A DNA stretch of 64,000 nucleotides, taken from positions 27,590,001 to 27,654,000 of the forward strand of contig NC_087245.1 in assembly GCF_037042905.1 (NCBI RefSeq). Direction: 5' to 3'. Positions 51,709 through 64,000 of the stretch are shown here, in pieces. Each line of letters begins with the position of its first letter. Within the stretch, counting starts at the first letter, position 1. The stretch is from Lytechinus pictus (lineage: Eukaryota). The notes beneath the pieces are model-generated. The model searched no databases. It saw only the letters and a list, made by a program, of their open reading frames with translations, and was not told the origin of the DNA. A program made the position numbers and the translations under genes.

Positions 51709-52590
51709 AAAGTAAAACAAATCTTTAATTTTCTGATGTTAACAGCTAGCCCTGACTTGTGGTAAATACGCTTTGTAAACGGCTTGAATGCAATCAGGTG
51801 AACAAAATTGCAACAGCCGAAGAAGTTATTGAAAGCAAAAAGGTCACTTCGCAAATATTCAAATCAACTGAATCCAATATAAAAATAGCCAGGTTTCTCA
51901 CCTTTTAAACAACACAGTAGTCTATATATCTCTTCTAATTTATTAGATGTGTAATATTTGCTGATGTTTAAATAGCCACATAGCTATTGTAAGGTATAGG
52001 TGTCGGCAATGAGAATACTTATTTACGTTTGTAATTGTGATTAGATTAGCTTCGAGAATACAAAAATACCATACAAAAATGATTGATCTGACCTCCTAGA
52101 GCTAAATGATGCACATGACTGTAGGCATATATAATTTATTTGTTTTATTTCATTTGTTTGTTTGACTTTGTTAAGATTTTGCGTTTTGGTTTCCCATTTC
52201 GTTTTGCCCACGCTTTACCGTTTTGAGAAAATTTTCAAATGTGAGCATGTGGTATACATTATATTTTACAATAACTTTAATTTCCAAAGGCTATTTGATT
52301 AATCACCCACCTTCGATGATTATTCGCCTGCAGTATTTAGATTAAAAAAAAACACTGTTTATTTTCTTTATCGAGTGTTTGCGTTTGTAAAGTGCAAATT
52401 ACAGCCTGCTATTTGACCTTTGAAAATAATAGTCGTCAGCGCTATGTGACGGAGCTACGAGACGGCTTTTAAAACTCCCTTTAATATGTGTACTATTTCT
52501 TCAAATCACATTTAATAATTTGAAATTTATTAAGAAGAAATCCATGTTCATCACCAGTGGAAATTCGTTGGATTTTTTCTACCATCATGT

Positions 52591-52629
<39 letters not shown>

Positions 52630-54799
52630 TGCTTTCTTTTTACTGCATATTTCATGTCTATGATCAACGTAAATTAACGTAAATGTAACGCCTTTAATCA
52701 TCGATCATATATCTTCAACAAGATTGGTCATCTTGATTTATTTACAAATTTCCCGAAGGCGCAGGTCTAGTTTATTTGGGAATAAAGAGAAGTGTTACTT
52801 TCGACACAAATAACAAGATCTCAATATTAGCCATGACCTAGCTTTTCCTTTGCAACCCAATTATGGATATTCCAGAGCACACCTCTTTAACTAACTCTTG
52901 AATCTGATCTCATGATGTTTTCATCGTTTTCTGCATTTGCTATCACGCCCAACATATCCATTTAAGACTATTCAAAGAAACTTGTCAATTGCTTAAGGAA
53001 ACTTGGGCTTTTTTGCAATTGTTCTTTGGTTTCAAGTTACCAAAGTGAACCGGACAGAAGCACTAAACGAGATAAGTTACAATTCTTCTGGCAATTTATA
53101 CAGTAATTAGTTCCGTTTTTAGCTTAGATCATTGGAGTTGACTTTTAAAGACCGATAAAAAGCTAACAAATATCAATATCATACTTTCGCTTTTAGTTAG
53201 ATGATGAAAAATAACTTGACCACTTTTAGTGTCTGACAGTGGAATTAACCTACGCAATCTGCCAGCGAATTAATGAAAGTCTAAATTCAAACCTTTGGAG
53301 CAGTTGTTACCTAAAAACCAGAAGTGATTTATGTGATGTTTTATCCCAAAGCCCATGTTATCATAATTAGAGTTGTTTCCTCACGTTTTCTATCCTTCGA
53401 TATATACGTGAGTGGTATGTTCAGATTGTAGTGTTACTTCGTCACCGGATTCGTCACCATAACTACATCAAATGTGGCACTCTTTGTTGCTTATACTACA
53501 TACGTAACTGGAAGGGATGGATGTTTGGATTCATTTGTTTTTCGTTGTTGTGGTTGTCATTTAGCTTTGATAAAATTGTAACTTTCATCAGATGTCATCT
53601 TTAAGTTGTTATTCGGGCAATTCTCAGGGGCATATGGCTCTGGTGACACCTAGGTGGAAGTTTGAGAGTGGTAACAACAGGAATCAATATTTTGTGGTTA
53701 TCGCATGACCGTGAAGGGCCGTCGAAAGTGATGGAAGCCCACCTTTTCTAAGAGAAGGGTGAAGGAGGGGAAGAGAGTGATAGTCGAGAATCAATGTGTA
53801 TTGTATAGGGTTGCTATGATTATAGTCCAGGCACACAAAAGCTACAGACTCCAGACCGATCAAAGCTATTGGGTTATTTCGAATGATATGTCATCGGTCG
53901 ATTCGGAGTCGGGTTAGTTGGTGTTACTGATGTATAAAAATCCGCCGATCTCCCTTTAAACAAGCGCGAAAACAGACAACGTATCGTTCTCATTGTTGTT
54001 GCAGTTTATTTATTTACTGAATGAGTAACTCGAGCTATTTTACGTGTGCATTGAAGACCTTCGTTAAACAGTTCCTACTGCTGGAATTCTGTCAGGGAGA
54101 TAGAGTTACGAACATATTCACGTAATTAGTTTGAAAATACTTTAGGCGCAAAAGTCAAGTGATTTCACCCAGTCGTTTTCGTATATCGTCTGTCAAGTTC
54201 ACCTACATTATACCATACTATACACGATGAATGTGGTATTTTGTCGTATTTCGTTTTCAAAGAAAATGATTAGTTATTATAGACTTAGTCAACTTAGCGA
54301 AGGTTGGAGGGCTACTCTCATTGCCACCAACAGAACTACATTTTGTATGGCACCGAGTAATGCACATATAGCCAGTTGTATAAATGTATATAGTTTATAT
54401 TCTTAAAAATTTAATAAGTTTGATGATTGATTGCACATAAACGGTGCAGACATTTTAATCCAGTAGAATGCAATCATGACGTTTTAAAGCATCGACGTTT
54501 AATTACCTATATGAAGACACCAATGAGACTAAAAACAAGTTACCTAAAATGTAGCTTTATTGAATCTTTCATTTTTAAGCATTTACTACCTATCCTTTTC
54601 AAATAAGATTGCATTCAGTTGAGTTCAAAAGCAACAAATATCAGATAAGATCATTCCACATGCAGTCAGTTAACAATTAAACACCCACATCGCTTAGGTT
54701 TGTGTAAATGGAACGTTACAACATTCTTAACAATATGCAAAATAAATTTCAAATTAGTTACATGGTGCTCAAATAAATAAGATAATAATGATAATAATT

Positions 54800-55868
54800 C
54801 AGGCGCGGATCCAGGAGGGGGCCGAGCCGGCCCCGCCCTCCCTATTTTTTGACAACCTGCAGAATAAAGTATACTCTTTAACTTGATAGAAACTACGAAA
54901 AACAGAAAGAAAAGTAAGAAAGAGGTATTATACCCATGATGTGTAATTTACAGCCTCGTAACGGCCGACCCGACCCCGAAAGGAAACAAGAAAAAGGTGA
55001 GGGGAAGAATTGGAAAATAGACTTTATATAATAATTTTTGCTCGCGTTTCGCGCTCGCATTGCCTGTGTAATGAATCCCATTCAAGAGGATTAAATGACA
55101 CTTAATATAACCAGTTCTGAAATCAATTTGCACACAATATTTTAGCTCGCACATCAAGCTTTCATTATTTTGTTTGATTTACACAAATTTTTTAATGTAT
55201 ATCTAAATTTTCAGCTCGCGCTGCGCGCTCGCATTGTTTGATTTGTGAGATACCTATCCTCTTGGAAAATTTTTACCAAAATTTGTAAAAATGCTCGTTT
55301 ATCATGTCAGTATATCAAAAAATTAAGCTCGTGCTTCGCGCTCGCATTTAATTGTTTGACCCACACAGCCTGTTCTTTATTTAAATAAAAACGCACTTAG
55401 ACTGTTCAATTTTCAGGTCGGAATATCAAAAATTTTGAGCTCGCGCTTCGCACTCTCATTATTTAATTGGTGATACTTGTATCCTCTTCATTAATCACTA
55501 AAAATCACGAATCACTAATTGAGTCCCTTTTCACGTTACTATAATAAAATTTCGGCTCGCGCTTCGCGCTCGCATTGTTTAGTTCATGAATATAAAAACT
55601 GCTCAGAATCTTCAGTTCTAAGGACATAAAATATCAAAGAATTTTCGCTCGCGCTTCGCGCTCGCATTATATATCAAGACCACATGAGATACCTTAACTT
55701 GTTTATAACAATAAAAACTAACAAATACTAAAAACGTCAGTCTTTAGTTAGGACTACCCCCTAAAAAGCCAACAAAAAATCTGATTATAGCGGCCAATCG
55801 AGAAAAATGTTGATGAAAATATTTTTCGGTCCCCCCCCCCCTATTGGCGAAAGCTGGATCCGCCCCTG
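54800..55868. mobile_element. hAT-like non-autonomous element with an internal array of GCTCGCGCTTCGCGCTCGCA motifs
   Basis: CAGGCGCGGATCCAG ... CTGGATCCGCCCCTG. About seven motif copies (about 55040, 55146, 55215, 55327, 55439, 55555, 55647). TSD not clean. Confidence 0.8.
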
Positions 55869-56599
55869 TAATTATGTAAATAATAATGATAATAATAATA
55901 ATAATAATAGTAATGATGATAATAACAATATTATTATTATTTTTTTTTTTTAAATAATAATATTATTAATAGTAGTAATAGTAATGATGATTATGATGAT
56001 GATAATGATAGTAATAGTTAATACGCAGACGTTAGCAAGCATCACATTTCTAGTCATATTAACGAATGGTTCAAGAAGAAAAATATCGGTCTTGTCTGGT
56101 ATAATCCAAACCCTTTTCACCGTGTATTTACACTTAATTTGGACTTTTAACATTGAAACACAAATAAATGTGTCAATATCACAATGATTACTTCTATGCC
56201 ATCTATTGAAGATGTTAACATACTTTATTCAACAGTTTTACTCTACTTCCATCACACACCGCTACCACCATTATTGATAATAATAATAATAATAATAATA
56301 TAGAGTATTTCTAAAGCGCCAAATCCACATTGATTATGTGCTCAAGGCGCTGAAATATACTTGGTATATTATTATCACCCCGGCTGTAGCTGAGCGGCCA
56401 TATAGGCGCTTAAGCATACTAATGATATAAGTGTAAACTATAATCTCTTCAAGAATTATAATTTTCTTGATATCCTACTTTGTTATTTATTGAAACTGTG
56501 AACATAATCTATGCTATGCGAAGGTTATTATACTGATAATCAGAAACTACACCGACGGCCCATTTTACGACTTAGCTAATACTATTGGTAGTACTTCTA

Positions 56600-56930
56600 C
56601 TTCTCCTTATTCTTAACCTTAATACATATACTACTGCCTTTTTTATTCCTCGTGTCCTTCCTCTTCTTTTTCCAATTCTTTCTTTCGTTCTCCTCCTCCT
56701 TCTTCTTCTTGTTCTGCTTCTTCTTCTCCATCCACCCACCTCCTTCCTCTCCTATTTTCCTACTTCTTCCCTTCTTCTCTTCTTCCTCTTCATCTTCTTC
56801 TCCTACTTCTTCTTTTCTTTTTCCCCTTCTTTTCTTTTTGTCTTCCTTCCCCTTCCTCTCCTATTTTTTCAACTTCTTCTTTTTCTTTTTCTTCTCTTCT
56901 TCTTCATCTTCTTCTTCTGCTTCGTCATCT
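56600..56930. repeat. (CTT)n-derived polypyrimidine tract
   Basis: Direct inspection of the sequence. Confidence 0.9.
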
Positions 56931-56985
56931 AATGAAGATGTGAACACATTCCATATCAAGTTGTTCATATTGACTATGAGTAACT

Positions 56986-57113
56986 NNNNNNNNNNNNNNN
57001 NNNNNNNNNNNNNNNNNNNNNNNNNNNNNNNNNNNNNNNNNNNNNNNNNNNNNNNNNNNNNNNNNNNNNNNNNNNNNNNNNNNNNNNNNNNNNNNNNNNN
57101 NNNNNNNNNNNNN
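56986..57113. other. Assembly gap
   Basis: N run. Confidence 0.97.
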
Positions 57114-57579
57114 TCTTGTATTTCTTCCTTTCCTTCAGCTTCTTCTCTCTTTGTATTCCACAATTTCTTGAAGATAATTGTAAACCTACTCAGAACTTTT
57201 CAACTTATCAGTCGCCCCTCGTACTATCCCAGAATTATAGATAAACCGGTTGGTTTTAACCTAAATAATGTTGTATAATTAATGAATGTCTGCAGAGGCA
57301 TTTGGAATTAACATTTCGTTAACTTCTCTTAGAAACAACTCCCATACAAAAGACTAATACATATTAGTATATGTGTTAACGTATTCATAGAAGCTTTTGA
57401 AATAACCTAAAAGGGCAAGTCGTTAATTGGATAAGGGGGCGAGTAAATATAAAAAAAATAATCTAAGAAAAGCAACAAAAAAGGTTTCTTTGTCAGATAT
57501 GATGAACATTCTGCGGTAAACTATACTTGGAAACAGGTGATCAGACATATAGAGCTAAATAATATAACACTGTTTTATC

Positions 57580-57620
<41 letters not shown>

Positions 57621-59424
57621 ATTATATATATATTTAATGGTATTACATTCCGCGTGTTTGACACAGATGAGATAATGCATTGCATTTCCAACAAAGGTTA
57701 TTTCCAAGTATTCTCCAAATTTTCGACGCAAACCTCACGTCTTCGTTAGGGACAAAAAGATGGGAGTGTGAGCTTTGTATCCCTGACGGAGACGTTAGGT
57801 TTGCGTATATATATATTGTCCCTATGACAAACTATTCTAGCCAATTTAGATTTCGGAGGAGCATTAAAGGAACTCTCCAGGTAAATTCATATTAAGCACG
57901 GTTGCTATCCCATGAAGCGTTCGCTTCAGAAAAAAACGTAACCCTCGGGTAATCAGGTAATCGGAACACATTAGGGACGCCATTAGCAAGGACACCGATC
58001 ATAACAATCTCCTCCCGCTGATCTGTTGTTATGGATCTCCAGTGAAGGTGTAAACAAGTGGGTCATAGGCATTGTTAAGGGGAGGGCTCGAAGTCCTGAA
58101 TATTTAAAGGGGTAGATGGTAGATAAAATCGACATGGAGTTATATCGGATAGTTTGGTGGACTGGAAAATCTATTATTTTTTCATCTTTATAGACGTTAA
58201 AATAAATCAGATAATTATGATTGTCATTGCTTATATAGCGCTTTTTACTTTAAAAAAAATCTGTATTCAGAAGTCTATATAATGCAGCATTGGTTTTCCT
58301 GCTTATACAAGGAGTAAACTCATACGAGGGGATGGCTCACAGTAATTTAAGCATGACTACAAGCCACACAAATAGTTGTGAAATATCCCCATCCCCTTCT
58401 TTCCTGGTTACAACTAACCTCACTTGGTTTAGACACTTAGAACAGGCGACTTTGTCAAAGCGCGTGACGTTCACTAATAGAATATTATGTAACGTTATCC
58501 CTGATATCATAGCTAAATTACCATGCATAAAATGAATATAATCAACTTATAACGCCTACTCCTGGTTGTAAAATGAAACATAATAACATTGAGACCTTCC
58601 TTTGATAATATATTACAGGGTCCAATAAAAGGTTGATGACAGTACATGATATAATATACGTGACTGGAGGGGAGTGATAACAGATCCCTCTATCGTATCT
58701 TGAAGACATCCAATACGTCCCATCACCGCTTTTAAACCTATCCTTGATGGATAATACCATACTTTTCTGGGGAGGGGCCATATCGTAGTTCAATGTCATG
58801 TTCCATGGGTCTCATTTCCCGGTGATCGCCAATGCTTTGCTTAAATGAAACATCGGAGACGATTTCAATCAGGGTCTATTTCAATTCTCCACTAAAAATT
58901 AAGCTCTCGGCTAGTTTTTTTACGACTGAAAACTTGAAAGCGATGTTTTGTAGGATTGTAGCTTTGGAGGGAAGGGGGGGGGGGTGTTCACAAAGACTCA
59001 AAGTGATGCATTAAATGCAGACCCGCACATGATGTTTAACGCGGAATCTGATTGATTGAAAAGCAGTAGTGCACGTCTTCGATCATGAATTGAACAATGT
59101 GGTGATGCCTTTCATACCGCACGCAAGTGAAAATTAAGGAGGGCTATAATTTAAATACTAAAAGTCACGTTTAAATCTTTGTGAAGCACCCAGGTGTTGT
59201 AAAAATTATACTATAGATCTTGGTTTGAAGCCAACAGGTGGCCTTTTTTATTTGGAGACTAATCTTGCTTGCAAATTATAAGTCGTAAATTGATAAATCA
59301 CTAAAGGAGATGTTGGCAAGCAAACAAACATTTACGGGTTTATAGGTCGAATTTTATCAATTCATATTATGTTATTTTGAACACTAACATGCATGATAAT
59401 TTGGTTTCGAATAAGCTTTGATTT

Positions 59425-59665
59425 GAAGGCGTCGTGGTCTAGTCGTTCTGATCCCCGTCTTTTAATCGGAGGGCAGTGGGTTCGGATCCCATCATCCCAG
59501 CCATGGCGTGTTATCCATCTGCAGTAAAATTTACCCATTTTGTGCTGCACTCAACCCATGTGAGATGAATGGGCATGATCAATTCATTCGTTGCACGTAC
59601 AGCACTGGAACGGCGGCACAAGCTCAATCCAGGTTAATAATAGTGGTGCGCCTCGTAATTCATTA
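59425..59665 (+). mobile_element. Degraded tRNA-derived CORE-like SINE
   Basis: GGCGTCGTGGTCTAGT...GGGTTCGGATCCC...CAGCCATGGCGTG...TGTGCTGCACTCAACCCATGTGAGATGAATGGG. Confidence 0.8.
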
Positions 59666-61780
59666 TTTCCAGATAGATAATAATAATAATAATAATAGCT
59701 GGATTTATAAAGCGCTTTTTGCCAGAGGATACAAAGATGACACTATACAACTCCTTATTGTTTTACATTTATATAATTAATATATTTTGATGGTTGAATA
59801 CACTATTTAGAGCATTTTAGGATTCACATATTTTCAAGTTATTTTATGTTCATTATTACTAGTCGTTTTAAACCAGTTAATTGCCCTGCGTATCTATCAC
59901 AATTTTAAACGAATAGTCACGTTTAACCTTTCATTTCGAAGATAATTATAGTAATGGTTGTAAATAGCCTATGCTGTGTCATGATATGAGATTATCAGAA
60001 AAAAATGTAGAGGTAATCGATTTACGTGACTTCTCTTATTTTCGGCTATAAACATCACATTTTTAGGCACCTAAGTTTCCATAAGTAGAATGGAAAATGA
60101 GAACATGGATATTGAAAATGTAATCTGAGAGGTCTGTTCTATCTTAACGAGGATGTTTTCCATAGTTACATATATTTATAATAATAGATCAATATGATAA
60201 ATGTTGTTTTTTGGCGCTGCATCGAGTGTCGGAGGGTATCTTACAGACAACCCTTATTTTCAAGAGGTCAAACAAACCTTTTGGTTTTCAATCTCCTCAT
60301 TTGAGAGATGTACTTATATTGCTCCAATAGCGCCATTGGCGTCCATGCCTGACGGACGTGTGCGTTCTTCAATAACCCACCACTATCATCACTATTATCT
60401 GATACAGAAAGAGATGAATATATGATTATCAATCCCTTTATAACATGATGTTGATTATAAGAACCAATTCTTGTCTCACATTTCAATATCAATATGTCAT
60501 TCATACTACCAGAATTAGAGGTTTCACGAACCTTGCTGGGAAGAAGACAGTGTCGCATAATGTCATCACAATAAATTCACATAGTGCACTATGTGAAAAT
60601 ATTAATCCTTCTGTAAAAATGCTCAAATTCAACAATGTTACGATATTTTCACACCGTGGACACCGCGACAGTGAAGTGCGGCAAAGTATGACGAAAAGGA
60701 CCTCGAGTTCGAATAAATGGTAAAGTGATTTGGAACCTGTCCTCATATAGATGCAAAGCACATGGACCCCTATTTTTTAATGTTTACACGGCTTGAATAC
60801 ACCTTCCTCCATTAAAGTGCAGCATTGATTGTACTTTTCAGATTTGTTGTAAAAATTTCAAATTTTTTAGACTATGGTTTTGTCTTCTTTCACACCATTT
60901 TAAAAGAAATGGAGGTTCTTCTAGCCTGAAAAGGACAAACAAATAGCAATATGAAATAATTCTCCATCTTCAGTATGTCATTCTAAACTATTCTGTAAAA
61001 TTTTATGAAGCATACATGGACTTTGACTTCGTAATAGAGGTTTAACCGCAACGTAGTGATATCGTGGGGTCTAAAAATGCCAAATTCTTTTCAATGCGCA
61101 ATTATCGAGAACTTCCAATATGGTAAAAGCTCAATAGCAAAAAATCCAGCACATGAACCCATGTTATTTTTTGTTTTTCATATTTAAAACATTCAGATGG
61201 TAAAGTAACTCTGTGCGAGATTTGGTGAAAATGACATGGATTTCAATTTAACTGTGGAACGTCCTTATATGCTCAAATATAACAGTGTGAATGTGATTTC
61301 ACACTGTGTCCCACTCTGTGAACACACTGTGAAACACAATGTGGACACTATGTTCGTTCCAGTATATGGGGGATCTAAATTTTGAATTAAATTGAATTTA
61401 TTTTCATACTTCACAAATTATGTAACAAAATATAATAACCGAATACAAGAAATACATTTGATTATGTACAGAATACAGAAGATAATGACAATTGCAGTAA
61501 ATGAAAGTGAAATATGAAGGAACCTGCATATAAAAAGCAAAGCTAGTAATGTCTGCGGGTTCTTTAGAAATGGTTCGAGAACAATGTTTGGTAGTACAAA
61601 GAAGCCTTTCTAGAAAAATAAGGACGACATTTTAGAACCATTTTTAAGTCATAATTCTAGAGTCACACCGATTGTATGCGATTCGAAATCACGTTCTAGC
61701 TATAGTATCGCCGGTGCAGCAGACACATAAGTATGGAAAAGGTTGTTCTGAGTAGAACTTCATTTTATCCTAGCTTTAAT

Positions 61781-62171
61781 GGTTTATTTTCAATTGGTCT
61801 GATGCCAATTCGTCCAGTTACCAACTCGTCTACTATCATTTGGTCTACCATCCGTAAGTCCACTATCCACATGGTCTAAGTGCCATTTCGTCCACTCACC
61901 ATTTCGTCTAATTATCAGTTGGTCCAATAGCCATTTAGTCCGTATACGGTTTGGCCTAATAGGACCAAGTGCCAATTTGGCGAAATGAGCGAAAATAAAA
62001 TAGATATTAGACCAACTGGTTATGAGACGAAATGGTCATGGACGAAATGGTGATTAGACGGAGCGATGATTGGACCAAATGGTTTTTAGACGAAATTTTG
62101 ATTTACGGAATGGCATTAGACTATGAAGGTAGACCATGTGATGAGTGGGCGAATTGGCAATAGACGAATTT
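61781..62171. mobile_element. Foldback MITE built from short TTCGTCYA/TTGGTCYA repeats
   Basis: The left half carries ATTTCGTCTA-type units and the right half the inverse TAGACGAAAT-type units. Confidence 0.7.
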
Positions 62172-64000
62172 ACTGCCTTAATCATGTCGACTCTGTTGCG
62201 TTAAAGTGTGTAATTAAAGTCATGATTCTGCATTCTTTGTTTGAAACACCGTAACTTAGCAGACTATAATTATAAAGATACGCTGTCGCTGAACTCTTTC
62301 ATTGAAAGCATTGATAGGGTGCTTTCTTCTTTGACATGAAGGTTTTAACAGTGCAAAAAAGAGAGAACTTTTCTGGGAAGCTGACAGTCACTCCTCTTTC
62401 TATATCCACCTCTAAATTGCGTCTTAAGATTTAGCTTTAAAAGGGCATCCTCGCCACAGGTCATAAAGGTGAATTATCAGATTCAAGTTAATAGTGCCAT
62501 CGGTTTTTGAGTGATAGCCGTAATTACCTCAGAACCATTTCCCATTTAAATGATCCCAGAATAGACGCATAGCTGACCCATACAAATTAGAACTGTGACA
62601 GATAAGCTAATCACATATAGTGCAGATACTACTAATATACAAATATATAAAGGTTTACAATGAATAAATAGTAAATTCCCTAATGCCTCCAATATATTAA
62701 GTATTATATAATTATGCTTACTCAGAAACACAATTTGTAAGAGTTTAATTTTTTAAAATTAGTTTTGATGTAAATAATCTAAACCATATTCATCACAAGG
62801 TTTGAATAACGATTGCATTTACATCATCTAACATCTACTAAATAATTACTCTAATATTAAAAAGTATCAGAGAGGGGACTCCTGGAAAAAAATAAATATT
62901 TCAAAAGATTTTAGGCCAACAGTAAAAATTGGAAACTTTCAACTTTCTAATAAAAATAAATCTGAAACCTTTCACAATTATGCTTGATTTGATCTGTTCA
63001 TTAAAATAAAATGAGACTGGGGAAAAGATCACATCGGCATGATATCAATAGGCTCTACTTGGATTAAAATTTGTGTAGTTTCAATGTCTACTTATTGATC
63101 TTTTCTGCTTAACCATCTTATTCATTTTCTAGAACATCTCAATTCCATTCGAAGTGTATGAATTCATTATTTTCATTTTCTCTTCTCTGACTTTGTTCTT
63201 GCCTTCATTTACATTACATCAATCCCATTTGTTGACCGCCAATTGTTTAATCCAAATCCTAACCGACACTTTATCAGCTCGCGAAAATACCGTTTAATGC
63301 ATTCAATTATTCACACTCGACGCACTTTAAATTCTGCATATCTATCGAGAGCAACTTGCAATGTTCATGTTTCTTCCTAGTAATTATACAGAAGAGGTAC
63401 GAAGTAAGACAATAAAACGCATCCAAAAGAAGGTTGTCCGTCATACGATAGCTATAATGTTTTTTTTTTACACATCGTACCCAAAACCTGAATTCTGGTT
63501 TGTCTCTAGGGGTTGCTCTTCGGGCTTATTTGAAAAGACGGATTAGGAAAAGGTTGTGCCTTATTTATATGTGTCCCTCTGCGTATTCTCAAGAAAAGGA
63601 TCAAAGAAAACAAAAAATAGGGAATCTTTGCTCCCTGACTCACGACAGATTCAAGAACACAGTAAATTTATTGAAAATGCCCATCAAATGACAATTAACA
63701 TCTGGGAGGCCTTTTTCGAAAACTGGTGAACCGGACCAATAGTTTTAATTTAAGTTTCGGAGTTGACGAAAAATTGCAAATAAGTAGTTAACTTTGTTCA
63801 GTCCAAGACAAAACTGCTGTTTTTATTTTATTGGTTGTTCATTGAAGGACGTTTGGCAATACATTTTCTTAACTAAAATTAACTAATATTTATGAAAATA
63901 AACTTGAATTTGAAATTCTATGTTCTTGAATTGTTTGTCTTATGATCTCATTAGGGATGACTTCTATGACTTATTTCACAGGGGGCAATGCAATCATTTT

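Noticed and set aside
55030-55670. CRISPR-like repeat-spacer appearance
   Set aside because: Eukaryotic context, no cas genes, spacers long and related to each other, and the array lies inside transposon TIRs.

Overview
AT-rich eukaryotic DNA from a draft assembly with three N gaps. The repeat families look like those of a sea urchin (echinoid), but that assignment is inference. The only protein-coding sequence I can identify is the 3' end of a + strand unc-45 gene (UCS-domain myosin chaperone): two phase-0 exons at 7317-7463 and 10072-10326. The rest is intron or intergenic DNA rich in non-autonomous DNA transposons (PIF/Harbinger-, Kolobok-, hAT-, Tc1/mariner-, P- and Helentron-like), tRNA-derived SINEs with a CORE-like domain, one decayed CR1/L2-group LINE and microsatellites. 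I see no convincing new biological system. The best leads are: (1) multi-level transposon nests, one just after the unc-45 stop codon; (2) one SINE head carrying two different 3' tails, one of which matches the 3' motif of the LINE in this window; (3) two perfect long palindromes; (4) an orphan minus-strand exon with a strong start codon at about 37.3 kb and a possible 15-nt exon at about 44.7 kb. Transposon superfamily names are inferred from terminal inverted repeat (TIR) and target-site duplication (TSD) patterns, not from database searches.
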